A stretch of 64,000 bases of DNA from the IMG/VR virus record IMGVR_UViG_3300037089_000135; one strand, 5' to 3'. The stretch's first letter is position 1; each line of letters opens with the position of its first letter. Under the pieces are notes generated by a model that worked only from the letters and a program-made list of their open reading frames with translations, was not told where the DNA came from and made no database searches. The DNA comes from an uncultured virus (IMG/VR IMGVR_UViG_3300037089_000135) (taxonomy: Duplodnaviria; Heunggongvirae; Uroviricota; Caudoviricetes). The translations under genes were made by a program, and so were the position numbers. Shown piece after piece: positions 9,617 through 19,318 of this stretch.

Positions 9617-12042
9617 TTTACAACCCTCACTTTGCTACGATTAAGGATGATCATGTTACTCCATTCGTTCTCCGGATGATCTTGTAGAAATTCCTCATCA
9701 GGATCTAAACGTATCGCATCATATCCCATTATCGCAGCGGCCCGGCCTTCATCGTTGAACATATCGTAATCTATTTTAGATGACTTATATTTATCTCGGA
9801 TCTTAGCTATCTTTGGAAGTACTTCGAAATAGTTAATTATTTTTGCATCTTTATCTAATACCATCTTCATAAGACAAGATTTTTCATAGTTAACACCATC
9901 TACTTCTGACGGAATATAAGCAAGAGCCGTTCCTTTACCACCCGGCCCAAATGCTGCATAAGTTCCATTGCCAGTGATTCCTTTACCGGCCCAATATGTT
10001 TCACTCTTAAAAGCTTCTACATACTTAGGATCACTAACGCCTCTATACATAATAGGCATATTATTTTCTTTAGCATAAGATTCTAATGCTTTGTCACTAA
10101 CTAACTTAGGTTTTGCATCGAAACCTTGCAGCTCTGCGATCTTTGATAATCTAAAGTCAGAATTCTTATTTCCCATCGCACCGCTATTTTGTTCGTCTTC
10201 TGGTAATGATTTAAATGCAGTTGCAATTTTACCTATTTCATCATCAGTTAGAACATGCGATTTAATTGCTGTGGGCTTAACAGTCTTAGGCTTCTTCTCT
10301 TTTACCGGCCTTGGTACCCGATGAACTACTGGAGCACTTTCAATCTGTTTATACCAAACTATTGCTTGAACATCACTCGGAGTAACCGGCCTGCCAAATA
10401 AGTTATCCTCATTTGCACGTTCTGTTGCTGATCTTATAGCATCTGCGAACGCCGGGTAACTGCCTATGTCTTTCTTCCAGTGGCCTTTAGGATCAGCCTT
10501 TTGAGTAGCTCTTGGAAAGTCTTTAGCATGGCCTGTATTAATCTCGTTATTTCCGGCCATGAACCGTACCATATGTCTATCTATGGTAGGACTATCCTCA
10601 TAACCCATCATATTGTTATAAAATGATCGGATCTTCAATCCGCCTACAACTTTGTTAAGGTCCTCTTGTGTTTGGGCTCTAAAGATCGACTCTGCCTTTG
10701 CGACTGTTGCCCATGACTTTAGACCTATCTTAGCGTTCGCAAAATCGGGGTTAATTTGAATTGCGTCCCTCATTGCCAGGGCGACGACTTCAGATGGAAA
10801 CTCGCTAATATGGGCCTTCTTACCTACGTATTGATCCAGGTCTCCAGGCTTGATCCCTGTCGGCCATACTTGACCTTTCTTCCATCTATCCACATCAGCC
10901 TGATTAACTTCCATTACAGGATTTTCATCATGCATTTCTGCAACGGCTGACGCTATTTCTATGTTAGAGAAAACTTCTCCTTTAGTCTTTGTCTTCTTAG
11001 ACCATGTATTGTTTGCAGATAGGACGGCAACGGCGGCTGCATATTGCTGAGGTGATGTATGAAACTCTTCAGCACAATCGTTACATATAGCGCCTACTTT
11101 TTTATACCAGTCTAAACCGGCTACGTCAGCTCCGGACTTATGTGATTCTTTTAGTGCGTTATATACGCGATCAGTCATAGCTCGATGGATAGCGGTTTGT
11201 TTGCTTTCCCCATCTACTTTATCGTATTGTACCCCTGCGCTACTTAACTGATTATAGATCGCGGTTACTTGCGACTTTGGCAATTCTTTTATAGTTGTAC
11301 TGATTGCCAGTTTATCATTTACGAAAGGCTTTATGATAGACATTCGCTTTGCGCTATCATCTTCTTCTTCTTCGTGTCTTCCCCGCCCGCGAGTATCCCA
11401 CGCCCGGTATGCGCCTATGGTAGTTCCAAATTTTTCTACCAGTGCTTTAACGATCGCTTCCTTTTCAACTTCAGTAATCTTTCTAAACTTATCCTTACAT
11501 CTACAACCGATGTGACCTTGTGCTACCATTTCGCCATTTGTATATGGCTCATCTAATGGTACTCCCTGGTTTTCTTCTGCAAGTGCTAAACATACTTCGC
11601 ATGATCGTTCATCACCAATAGGGACCCAATCTCGGACATCCATCTCATTATCTTGAGCTTGTAATAGTTGTCCGGTGAGCCGGGCCATGTGCATTTCGTT
11701 CTGATAAATTCCTTCCAGTCTATCTTTTGACACTATGTAAGAATCTTCAACTGCCTGTCCGATCTTCTTAGGGCTTCCCCAATTCTCAAGAAATATGTTT
11801 TTAAGGTTATCCTTATCGGTATTTGTCATTTCAGTTACGAATTCCATGCCACGCTCATTTATATAATCTTGAGCATATTCGTTAACTGTCTTAGGTTTTA
11901 CGTATTTAGCACCGTCTTCAAAAGTTTCTTTAGTCTTGTCAGACATGATACTCCATACTAGCGCATTTTTCTTTGCTAGTTCGGCTTCGATATCGGCTAT
12001 CATAGCGTCTACGACATCCGGATCTACATCTATATCTGGCAT
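9613..12042 (-). CDS. MuF (SPP1 gp7-like) head morphogenesis protein with internal tag and two C-terminal cargo domains (glycosylase-like and ART-like)
   Basis: MuF signature W..IGDERSCEVC...HIGCRC; tag VEKFGTTIGAYRAWDTRGRGRHEE; middle domain AVLSANNTW...KIRSFY...TIDRHM...VQAIVW; C-terminal YRG...G.G..G.GTY...GYDAI...ILNR. Confidence 0.8.
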   Translation of the reverse strand: MPDIDVDPDVVDAMIADIEAELAKKNALVWSIMSDKTKETFEDGAKYVKPKTVNEYAQDYINERGMEFVTEMTNTDKDNLKNIFLENWGSPKKIGQAVEDSYIVSKDRLEGIYQNEMHMARLTGQLLQAQDNEMDVRDWVPIGDERSCEVCLALAEENQGVPLDEPYTNGEMVAQGHIGCRCKDKFRKITEVEKEAIVKALVEKFGTTIGAYRAWDTRGRGRHEEEEDDSAKRMSIIKPFVNDKLAISTTIKELPKSQVTAIYNQLSSAGVQYDKVDGESKQTAIHRAMTDRVYNALKESHKSGADVAGLDWYKKVGAICNDCAEEFHTSPQQYAAAVAVLSANNTWSKKTKTKGEVFSNIEIASAVAEMHDENPVMEVNQADVDRWKKGQVWPTGIKPGDLDQYVGKKAHISEFPSEVVALAMRDAIQINPDFANAKIGLKSWATVAKAESIFRAQTQEDLNKVVGGLKIRSFYNNMMGYEDSPTIDRHMVRFMAGNNEINTGHAKDFPRATQKADPKGHWKKDIGSYPAFADAIRSATERANEDNLFGRPVTPSDVQAIVWYKQIESAPVVHRVPRPVKEKKPKTVKPTAIKSHVLTDDEIGKIATAFKSLPEDEQNSGAMGNKNSDFRLSKIAELQGFDAKPKLVSDKALESYAKENNMPIMYRGVSDPKYVEAFKSETYWAGKGITGNGTYAAFGPGGKGTALAYIPSEVDGVNYEKSCLMKMVLDKDAKIINYFEVLPKIAKIRDKYKSSKIDYDMFNDEGRAAAIMGYDAIRLDPDEEFLQDHPENEWSNMIILNRSKVRVVK

Positions 12043-12055
12043 TTAAAATCAACCT

Positions 12056-12421
12056 TTAAATAAATTTAGTTAAAAACTTTTCAATTAGATATATTGCGTC
12101 TAGCATATCAAGGGTCTCATAATCTTCTGTAGATACTAAACCAGTATCATCGAAATTATTATTATACAAATCCATCAATAATTTATCTCTATGATCGGAC
12201 CTATCTTTAAATCCATTATAAATTGTATTGTATTCTTCTTTGGTACATGGTTTATTTACGCAGTCCCATACAAGATAACGCAGTCCATCAGTCTTTACCG
12301 GGAATGCAAATGATTTTAATTTTTTGTATGTATTATCATGATCTTGTGCTTGATCTCTTTTAATACTTTCAATTTGAGTTCTTAAATTATATAGGTATGT
12401 TAATATATCATATACATCCAT
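12056..12421 (-). CDS. Hypothetical protein
   Basis: 121-aa ORF in operon orientation. Confidence 0.5.
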   Translation of the reverse strand: MDVYDILTYLYNLRTQIESIKRDQAQDHDNTYKKLKSFAFPVKTDGLRYLVWDCVNKPCTKEEYNTIYNGFKDRSDHRDKLLMDLYNNNFDDTGLVSTEDYETLDMLDAIYLIEKFLTKFI

Positions 12422-12438
12422 TATACCACATCCTTAAA

Positions 12439-12522
12439 CGCTCTATGCAGGAATCGAACCTACTTGAACCTTACGATTCTACAGATTAGCGATCTGTCGC
12501 CGTTCCAATGGGCCAATAGAGC
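12439..12522 (-). tRNA. tRNA-Ser(GCT)
   Basis: Acceptor GCTCTAT/ATAGAGC, anticodon arm ACAGA-TC GCT AA-TCTGT, long variable arm, GTTCGATTC T-loop. Confidence 0.9.
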
Positions 12523-12543
12523 TAAAAAAGTTTTAAAGCGGAT

Positions 12544-12951
12544 CTAAGTAGCCGCTTTTGCTAAATCTCCTTCCGCTAATTTTGCTAATTCAGGAAGAAC
12601 CTGTTGTGCTTCTCCAAATACCGGGGTTACAACTGGAGTTAAATTGAGTACATCGGCCATTTCTATGGGCTTTCCAGTTTCAACTTTATTTAAGAGAGTC
12701 GTTACTTGTGGTGCTTGCAGCATTGTTATAGTATCAGATAGCATCTTTTGAGTTGCATCTAATGCGCCTGTTTTTGAATGTGATCCTGCGTATGATAATG
12801 CAAGGGACCCGCCAAAACCGGCGATAACACCGGCAACGCCTGGAGCTAATCCAGGAACAAAACCGATACCAAGAGCTAATACTATTCCTAATATTGCTAA
12901 AATAAATCCTTTTAGCGATTCAAATTTATCTAATGTAGTAACTTCTGCCAT
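12544..12951 (-). CDS. Small membrane protein, holin-like
   Basis: Two closely spaced hydrophobic helices near the N-terminus; start reassigned to MAEVTT after a GGAGGT RBS. Confidence 0.45.
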   Translation of the reverse strand: MAEVTTLDKFESLKGFILAILGIVLALGIGFVPGLAPGVAGVIAGFGGSLALSYAGSHSKTGALDATQKMLSDTITMLQAPQVTTLLNKVETGKPIEMADVLNLTPVVTPVFGEAQQVLPELAKLAEGDLAKAAT

Positions 12952-13127
12952 AATTATTACCTCCTTAATTTTCAATTTCAGTTATTTCAACTCTACCTTG
13001 TCCATGAAATCCAGACAAGTTTAGACTGTTAAAATATTTTTCAACTCTATTCTTAATTTCGCGTTCTGTAAAATGATTAGGAATTTCTATTACACCTTCA
13101 TGTATAATATTATCCCCAATAAAAATT

Positions 13128-13766
13128 TCAAGCCTTTGATGCATAAAATCCTAATGCTCCTATTGACCCATATGTTTTTTTTACTGTCTTATCATGATCC
13201 CCGCTAACGGCCCCGGACCCACCTACAGGAATAGTTTCACCAGTTCTTATGTTATAAACTGCTATCTGGTGATGTGCTGCTCCGGATGCTTTTGCATGTT
13301 CTAATTGTGCTTCAGGATAGACGGTTGTAATGTCGAAGTACATTTTGCCGTCTTCCGGGTTATCCCATGTTCCTAGATATTTTCCGGGCCTGGATAACTC
13401 ATCAAAGTTTTCTTTTATGTAGTCATCTATGTCTTCCTTCTTGGAAGCTTTCGAAGTTACAACTACTCCTCTACTTTCGTCTTCTGCAACTGCGATACCT
13501 TCTTTAAGAGGTATAGGTTCGCCACTTGCATCAAATTTAAACGTTCCTCCTCCATTTTTCTTAGTATGTTCTAAAACGCTTTGACACGCCGTATTACATA
13601 CCTTAAGTTTTCCTGAAGTGGCATTTACATTTTCATCTTCTTTCTTTCCGGTTCTGCCTCGCGTGTCCCACGACCGGCGAACACCGTCCGGGGTACCGAA
13701 CTTCTCTACCAAGTCTTTAAGAACATTGGTAGAAAAAAGTTTTGGAATGTCGTTCTCGTATGCCAT
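13128..13766 (-). CDS. Tagged cargo protein of unknown function, immediately downstream of the portal
   Basis: Tag VEKFGTPDGVRRSWDTRGRTGKKE; C-terminal domain YLGTW...YFD...QIAVYN. Confidence 0.7.
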   Translation of the reverse strand: MAYENDIPKLFSTNVLKDLVEKFGTPDGVRRSWDTRGRTGKKEDENVNATSGKLKVCNTACQSVLEHTKKNGGGTFKFDASGEPIPLKEGIAVAEDESRGVVVTSKASKKEDIDDYIKENFDELSRPGKYLGTWDNPEDGKMYFDITTVYPEAQLEHAKASGAAHHQIAVYNIRTGETIPVGGSGAVSGDHDKTVKKTYGSIGALGFYASKA

Positions 13767-13776
13767 CTATCTCACC

Positions 13777-15606
13777 TTATAAATTTCGTCGCATTGCTTT
13801 CTCGGCAATCAGAGACGACATTTTTAATATCTCCAAAGCTCTCTTATCAAGGGCTTCAGATGTTGTTATGTGGTCCTCTGGCAGTTCCATCTTTCTTACT
13901 TTTTTGCTATTGAAATCATCGTATCCGCCCGGATCACTAAAGCTAAAGTTTCCGGGTAGATCTTCAGGCTCTAGGGTTTGGTCTCCAGTAGGGTTCGGGT
14001 TCTCAGATTGTGCCGGGCCTTCAGGGTTTATGTCCTGGAACTGCTCACCCGGTTTACCTGATCCTCCAGGTCCTCCAGGTTGCCCTCCAGGGCCTCCCTG
14101 TCCAGGCTGCATGAACGGGTTCTTAACGGCCTGTTGCTGAGCTATTTGTGCTTTGGCTTGTGCTGCAACGTCTTCAGGGGCCTCGGGTAATTCGGCTGCA
14201 TTGTAGACGTACTTGATCATCTCATCCGTCAATACGATTGGTATTCCGGCCATCTTCAAAGACTTCAAGTAGTTTCCGAGTACTTCAAGATCAGTGCCTT
14301 TGATATGATCATGCTTTAGGACTGGCAACTTCTTTATTTTCTTTCTCAATTCCGGATTCATTGCAAACAGTCTAGGTATTGCCTGCCTGTTGAACGCCTC
14401 ACAAATGATATCTAGGAAAGCCTCTATAGCCATAATAAATACGTTGTTCTTTGCATCTGCTAATGCGTATGATCCAACGTTATCATGTCCAAGGTTAATG
14501 ATATCAGCTAACAGTGTTGAAAGTATCTTGGTATCATAACGTTTAATTACTTCCGAAGTATTTATAGATCTTTGTCCTCCGGAGGTTAATAACTCTAAAG
14601 AGTATTGTTTAACGCCTGTCGGTTTTCCATCCATATCAAGAACGGTATCGGATGGTAGTATAGCACCTTCAGAACTATCTCTTCTAATGCCGGTTACTAA
14701 TGCTTGATATTCTGCAAGAGTTGCCTGATCAGCTTCAGCTTCAGAGTTCATTATTGCGCCCGGAATATATAAAACCGGGTATCCAACTAGATCTCGCTCT
14801 ATACCTATTGCTTCAATTTTTTCTAACTGATGCCTGATAGTCCATGCTTCGACTGAGTTCCTTAATATTGATCTACCTTCAGGATTACCCTTAGACGAAT
14901 CGGTTACATAATGCAAACATTTAACAAGTGGTATATCAACCATCTTGAAATCTGGCGGGCTTAATTGTCGCATAGCGACTGCATCATTTGAACCATCTTC
15001 CGCAAATTGCCAACCGAAAAGAGTAATTTGTGATCTTAAGCTGATCTTTCTCCAGCCCATTCGCCCGTCATCGAAATTACTATGCTTAGTGGGGTCCTGC
15101 TCCTCAAAACCAACTCTTTGTTTATAAACTATTTCTTGTACGGCCCATCCGTAAGGAAGGAATGAAAGTGCTTCGTTAATAACGTCAACCCAAGGAGTTT
15201 GCATATCGTTCATGCAACTCTCTAAAAATTCTACTGCATCATCGTCGTTCTTTCCGGGCTTCTTCTCACCGGATTCTACATACCATCGCGTACCGCGACA
15301 TAACATCCTGATAGCGAATAACATACTGCCTATGACAGCATCGTTATCACTCATCTCACGATAGACTGCTATCGCTTTAGCACTGGTTTGTAGTTGTTCT
15401 AGGAAGTCGTCTAATACGAACATTCCGAACCTTTTGACCCCTGTTCTGCCGTATTCAACCGTACCGGGTGGGAAATAGATATCCTTTGGATCATCTAAAC
15501 CAACTGGAGAAGCGGTCGTAGCGGGTGGTTTATAGCCTCCAGTAGTCGGTTTGATACGATCTGTAGTACCGCCTTTTGCACCTTTATTTTTTATTTTGCT
15601 TGCCAT
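13777..15606 (-). CDS. Portal protein (Mu gp29/DUF935-like)
   Basis: Position between terL and MuF; YG...QEIVY, NPEGRSILR, IGIERDL.G.P and GSYALA motifs; Gly/Pro/Gln-rich C-terminal tail. Confidence 0.85.
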   Translation of the reverse strand: MASKIKNKGAKGGTTDRIKPTTGGYKPPATTASPVGLDDPKDIYFPPGTVEYGRTGVKRFGMFVLDDFLEQLQTSAKAIAVYREMSDNDAVIGSMLFAIRMLCRGTRWYVESGEKKPGKNDDDAVEFLESCMNDMQTPWVDVINEALSFLPYGWAVQEIVYKQRVGFEEQDPTKHSNFDDGRMGWRKISLRSQITLFGWQFAEDGSNDAVAMRQLSPPDFKMVDIPLVKCLHYVTDSSKGNPEGRSILRNSVEAWTIRHQLEKIEAIGIERDLVGYPVLYIPGAIMNSEAEADQATLAEYQALVTGIRRDSSEGAILPSDTVLDMDGKPTGVKQYSLELLTSGGQRSINTSEVIKRYDTKILSTLLADIINLGHDNVGSYALADAKNNVFIMAIEAFLDIICEAFNRQAIPRLFAMNPELRKKIKKLPVLKHDHIKGTDLEVLGNYLKSLKMAGIPIVLTDEMIKYVYNAAELPEAPEDVAAQAKAQIAQQQAVKNPFMQPGQGGPGGQPGGPGGSGKPGEQFQDINPEGPAQSENPNPTGDQTLEPEDLPGNFSFSDPGGYDDFNSKKVRKMELPEDHITTSEALDKRALEILKMSSLIAEKAMRRNL

Positions 15607-15621
15607 AAATTCACCATTAAC

Positions 15622-15633
15622 TTTAAATAGTAT
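15622..15633 (+). promoter_or_regulatory. Archaeal TATA-box promoter TTTAAATAGTAT for the HNH-AP2 gene (probably leaderless)
   Basis: TATA centred about 26 nt upstream of ATG 15652; the same 12-mer recurs on the minus strand elsewhere in the window. Confidence 0.65.
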
Positions 15634-15651
15634 TATCGCTTATTACTACGT

Positions 15652-16134
15652 ATGATTACGATTGAATTAACTAAAGGAAAAACTTGCATTATAGACAATA
15701 TAGATATAGATTTAAAAGAATTTAATTGGGTATCTAGGTGCGCGTCTAAAAGTATTTATGCGTATAGGCATATATCAACTCCAAACCATCGCGTACATAT
15801 GCATAGATATATCATGGAAAGAATACTTAATAGATCTTTACGAAAGGGAGAGCATGTAGACCATATCGATCACAACGGTTTAAACAACTGTAGAAATAAT
15901 CTAAGATTAGCTAATAGTAAAGAAAACTCATATAATAGACGGAAATGTATACATTCTAGTATATATAAAGGCGTATCCTGGAATAAGAGAGATAGCAATT
16001 GGCGCGTTAGAATTCGTATAGATGGTAAGCTTTTAAGTTTAGGAGGCTACAAAAACGAACGCGATGCTGCGAAAGCCTACAATGATGCCGCAATAAAATA
16101 TTTTGGAGAGTATGCGTGCTTGAATACTCTCTAA
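15652..16134 (+). mobile_element. HNH-AP2 homing endonuclease
   Basis: MHRYIM...VDHIDHNGLNN.R.NLR HNH domain plus YKGVSW...W...I...LG.Y..E.DAAKAYN.AA AP2 domain. The only convincing plus-strand gene. Confidence 0.92.
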
Positions 16135-16136
16135 AT

Positions 16137-16379
16137 TTATTCGTACACTAACGTTAAATCATCAGCATACAAAATATCATCAACTATCATTTCTTTTACA
16201 GTATATTTCAAAGGAGTATGTTTAATTCTATCCTCTGAGTCTCGAATAGGAGTCAACCAAGGAGACTGACAGCACCCGCATCCTCCAATCTCTATACCAT
16301 ATTTTTTAGTAAGTATTAAAAGTTCGTCTAAAAAAGATTTGACATTATCCTCTGACAATACCATTATTTTCATCCTCAT
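16137..16379 (-). CDS. Hypothetical protein with IGGCGCCQSP motif
   Basis: 80-aa ORF with a Cys-rich motif. Confidence 0.55.
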   Translation of the reverse strand: MRMKIMVLSEDNVKSFLDELLILTKKYGIEIGGCGCCQSPWLTPIRDSEDRIKHTPLKYTVKEMIVDDILYADDLTLVYE

Positions 16380-16474
16380 TTATTTTAGTTAAAACATATT
16401 GGTATACATCCATACCGTACTTAGGACTATACGTAAGTGATTTGTATAGGTTGTCGTACTGTTTACAAATCTTT

Positions 16475-16687
16475 TCAAGTTTCTTTAATGATATTCGAGA
16501 ATTCATCTACTTTCAATCTCCTTATAGTGCCGGTTTCGGTATCGAGGTATTGCACGCCTTCAGTTTGTCTCTTGATTATAGCGGTCTTAAGTGCTTCTAA
16601 ATTCTTTACAATCTGCTTAGATTTATCATCAGAACGTTTTTTGTACTTTTCAATGTAATCATTAATATTGTCGATTGTAGGTTGCAT
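16475..16687 (-). CDS. Hypothetical protein
   Basis: 70-aa ORF coupled to its neighbours, with a GAGGT RBS. Confidence 0.5.
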   Translation of the reverse strand: MQPTIDNINDYIEKYKKRSDDKSKQIVKNLEALKTAIIKRQTEGVQYLDTETGTIRRLKVDEFSNIIKET

Positions 16688-16689
16688 AG

Positions 16690-16935
16690 TTACCTCACCA
16701 ACTTCAGTAACTTAATTGAATAGATACCACCGGAAATACTTTGCGATCCGGCTGTCCCTTCTGCAAAGTCAATCCATTTATCTTTCTTAAGTTCTCTTAA
16801 CACAAGTTCAAGTCTACGTTCGGAAATAATGTCATTTACCTTATCGGCTAACACTCTTGCAGGTATTCCGTACTGATAACTGTCAAACAAATCATCAATA
16901 GCTTTCAATACTTGCTTATCTATCTCTTGCAACAT
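16690..16935 (-). CDS. Winged-helix DNA-binding protein
   Basis: Helix pattern IDKQVLKAI...ARVLAD...RRLELVLRELKKDKWI followed by a beta wing. Confidence 0.55.
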   Translation of the reverse strand: MLQEIDKQVLKAIDDLFDSYQYGIPARVLADKVNDIISERRLELVLRELKKDKWIDFAEGTAGSQSISGGIYSIKLLKLVR

Positions 16936-16969
16936 ATATTAATCTCCTAAAATACTTTTCATGAATGGC

Positions 16970-18499
16970 CTATCTACCACCGGCCACAACCCGGCCAATA
17001 TTCCGAGGTTTGGCAACTACGAATCCAACTTTTTGCTTCTTTGCAAACGCTAATACTAACGCATCAGCCCTATCAGGTGATCGCCCGGTTCTTTCCTTCG
17101 TATCATCCTTCGGCTCCAACGCGAGCTTACCGGCTGAAGTGTAAGTGTATTGAACACCTGCTAACTCTCCAAACAAATATTTATCATCTGGAATGCTCAT
17201 CGGGTTCGGGTTCTTACTAGGGTCAGTGTCCATTAGATCCCTAATGTTAAACCATAGTTCTGTACGACTATTATTGTAATGTCTTGGATCGACAGCGGTT
17301 CTACCAGTGTGTATTCCTATAGCTGGCAATCCTAATTCCTTTAGACGGTCTATGATAGGTCCGCCTAAGCCGGGTTCATCTACTTTAATTAATTTAGGAT
17401 TATGAATTTCAGCGGCTTCGACAATCTTTCCAGTCAAATACATTGTATCTAGCTTTGACATTATAACCATTGGCAATACGAACTCATCGTATCTGACAGC
17501 GATAACGGATAAGTCGTCTCCATATCGGGCAACGTCTACTCCAAATTCAACAGTATTAACAGTTGATATATCTGGTATCTTATTGGCCTTAGCATAACGT
17601 TTTACAGCGGCTTCAATCCAGGCCATTGGAATGACATTCTTTTTGCCCGCCGATGGAAAATCGCCTTCAACTCTCGATTCATACGCAGGATGTTTTACAC
17701 CCCAAATAACATACTTATCTGCAACCCATCTTGGATTAATGAGGTAAGGTGATGGTATAACACAACCATTTAGTTTGGTTTCCCACTCACCGGATTTGAT
17801 GTCATCCCTGGTGATCCCTAACTCAGTAAAATTCGGGCTATCATATGCAGATACGTGAATAGTATTCCAGCCCTTCGGAGCTGAGAATGCATTAAAAAAG
17901 GACCCTTCTATTTGAGTCGGATTGCCTATTAAAAGAAGTCTTGCATGTTCTGATGTTAAGATACCATCAACTGCCTCATGGATAGGCTCAGGCACTCCAG
18001 CGGCCTCATCTATCACGGCCATGATATTCTTCTGGTGGTATCCCTGAAGTCGATCAGGCTGATTTGTGGATATGCCCATTGCATACCACTCATCCTGTTG
18101 GATTTGCAGCTCTGGAGACTTGTGAGCTAATACACCCCCGAGACAAGCCGGGTCTAACCTGAGATTAGTTCTATTATACGCAATGCGTATTTCTTTCCAT
18201 AGTAAGCCTTCAACCTGTCTCCAGGTCGGAGCTGTTGTAATTACTATCGCAGGTGGGAAACAATATAAGAACCAAAGTACTATTAGAGCAGATACATGAG
18301 TCTTACCGATACCGTTACAACTTCGGACGGCGGTTTTCTCATAATCTCGGACGCTATTCATGATATCAATTTGTTTAGACCACGGCTTAGCTCCGAGTAC
18401 ATCTGTCGCGAAGGCAACAGGATTTTTCTGATAAAATTCTAATTGCGATATATCATCTTCAAGTTGCTTCCTTTGTTTCTCCTTTTTGGTCTGGAACAT
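16970..18499 (-). CDS. terL: Terminase large subunit
   Basis: Walker A RSCNGIGKT, Walker B VIDEA, coupling motif IGNPT, nuclease GVDVARYGDD and SPDRADAL. Confidence 0.95.
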   Translation of the reverse strand: MFQTKKEKQRKQLEDDISQLEFYQKNPVAFATDVLGAKPWSKQIDIMNSVRDYEKTAVRSCNGIGKTHVSALIVLWFLYCFPPAIVITTAPTWRQVEGLLWKEIRIAYNRTNLRLDPACLGGVLAHKSPELQIQQDEWYAMGISTNQPDRLQGYHQKNIMAVIDEAAGVPEPIHEAVDGILTSEHARLLLIGNPTQIEGSFFNAFSAPKGWNTIHVSAYDSPNFTELGITRDDIKSGEWETKLNGCVIPSPYLINPRWVADKYVIWGVKHPAYESRVEGDFPSAGKKNVIPMAWIEAAVKRYAKANKIPDISTVNTVEFGVDVARYGDDLSVIAVRYDEFVLPMVIMSKLDTMYLTGKIVEAAEIHNPKLIKVDEPGLGGPIIDRLKELGLPAIGIHTGRTAVDPRHYNNSRTELWFNIRDLMDTDPSKNPNPMSIPDDKYLFGELAGVQYTYTSAGKLALEPKDDTKERTGRSPDRADALVLAFAKKQKVGFVVAKPRNIGRVVAGGR

Positions 18500-18752
18500 T
18501 TACGGTACCTACGTACTCAATTGCGAATGGCTGATTATCTTCGCTAATTTCTGGATAATTTTTTAATAAATCAGATATTACTTTAGTATCTTGAGAATAA
18601 TATACATTTATATTATCATGTGACTCGTAAGTATATATAACTTTATATAAATACATTTGTTTTCTAATTGGTCCTATAGACTCTAATTGTATTCTTAAAG
18701 GATAAAAGTCATAAGGATAATGATAATGATAATTAATTAAATCTGGTCCCAT
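18459..18752 (-). CDS. Hypothetical protein between terS and terL
   Basis: 97-aa AT-rich ORF overlapping the terL start. Confidence 0.4.
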   Translation of the reverse strand: MGPDLINYHYHYPYDFYPLRIQLESIGPIRKQMYLYKVIYTYESHDNINVYYSQDTKVISDLLKNYPEISEDNQPFAIEYVGTVNVPDQKGETKEAT

Positions 18753-18763
18753 TATTATATCTC

Positions 18764-19231
18764 CTATTCCGTTGTATCATCCATGCTATCAGCCTCTTCT
18801 TCAGAGTCAAAGCTTTCATAGTCATCTAGTTCTTCTTCCTCATCCTCGATAGGCTTATCCAATTCCCCGGACTCTTTGGCCTTTGTTGCCCGGCTTACAA
18901 TGTCCACAAGGGACATAGCGACTGGATGTTTAGCGTCACCGGATATCTCCAGCTTTTCTTTCTGCCCAAGATAGCAGGTACCAAGATGTATTAACATTTT
19001 AGTATCTTGATTTGTTATTGCTTTAGTAAATTGTGCTTTTTGCAAGTCAATATTGAATCTAGCATATCCCCGGCGCATAGCTTCTCTTAATTTAGCATCA
19101 TGCTTCTTCCGAGTAGAAAATGCATCTACATTCCATCCTAAAAACACCGCTATATCATGCTGAGTGCAACGTTGTGCTGCAAGATTTTCTACTTCGTCAT
19201 ACTCAATTTCTTTATGTGGCATAATATTCAC
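18764..19231 (-). CDS. terS: Terminase small subunit
   Basis: N-terminal HTH (CTQHDIAVFLGW), MLIHLG.CYLGQ motif, acidic tail; lies upstream of terL. Confidence 0.8.
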   Translation of the reverse strand: MNIMPHKEIEYDEVENLAAQRCTQHDIAVFLGWNVDAFSTRKKHDAKLREAMRRGYARFNIDLQKAQFTKAITNQDTKMLIHLGTCYLGQKEKLEISGDAKHPVAMSLVDIVSRATKAKESGELDKPIEDEEEELDDYESFDSEEEADSMDDTTE

Positions 19232-19318
19232 TCCCTTAAATTACATTAGAAAACATTAAAACATACGAAAATAGGATCTATATATTTATATAAAATACAA
19301 AGTATTGATAATGATAGT

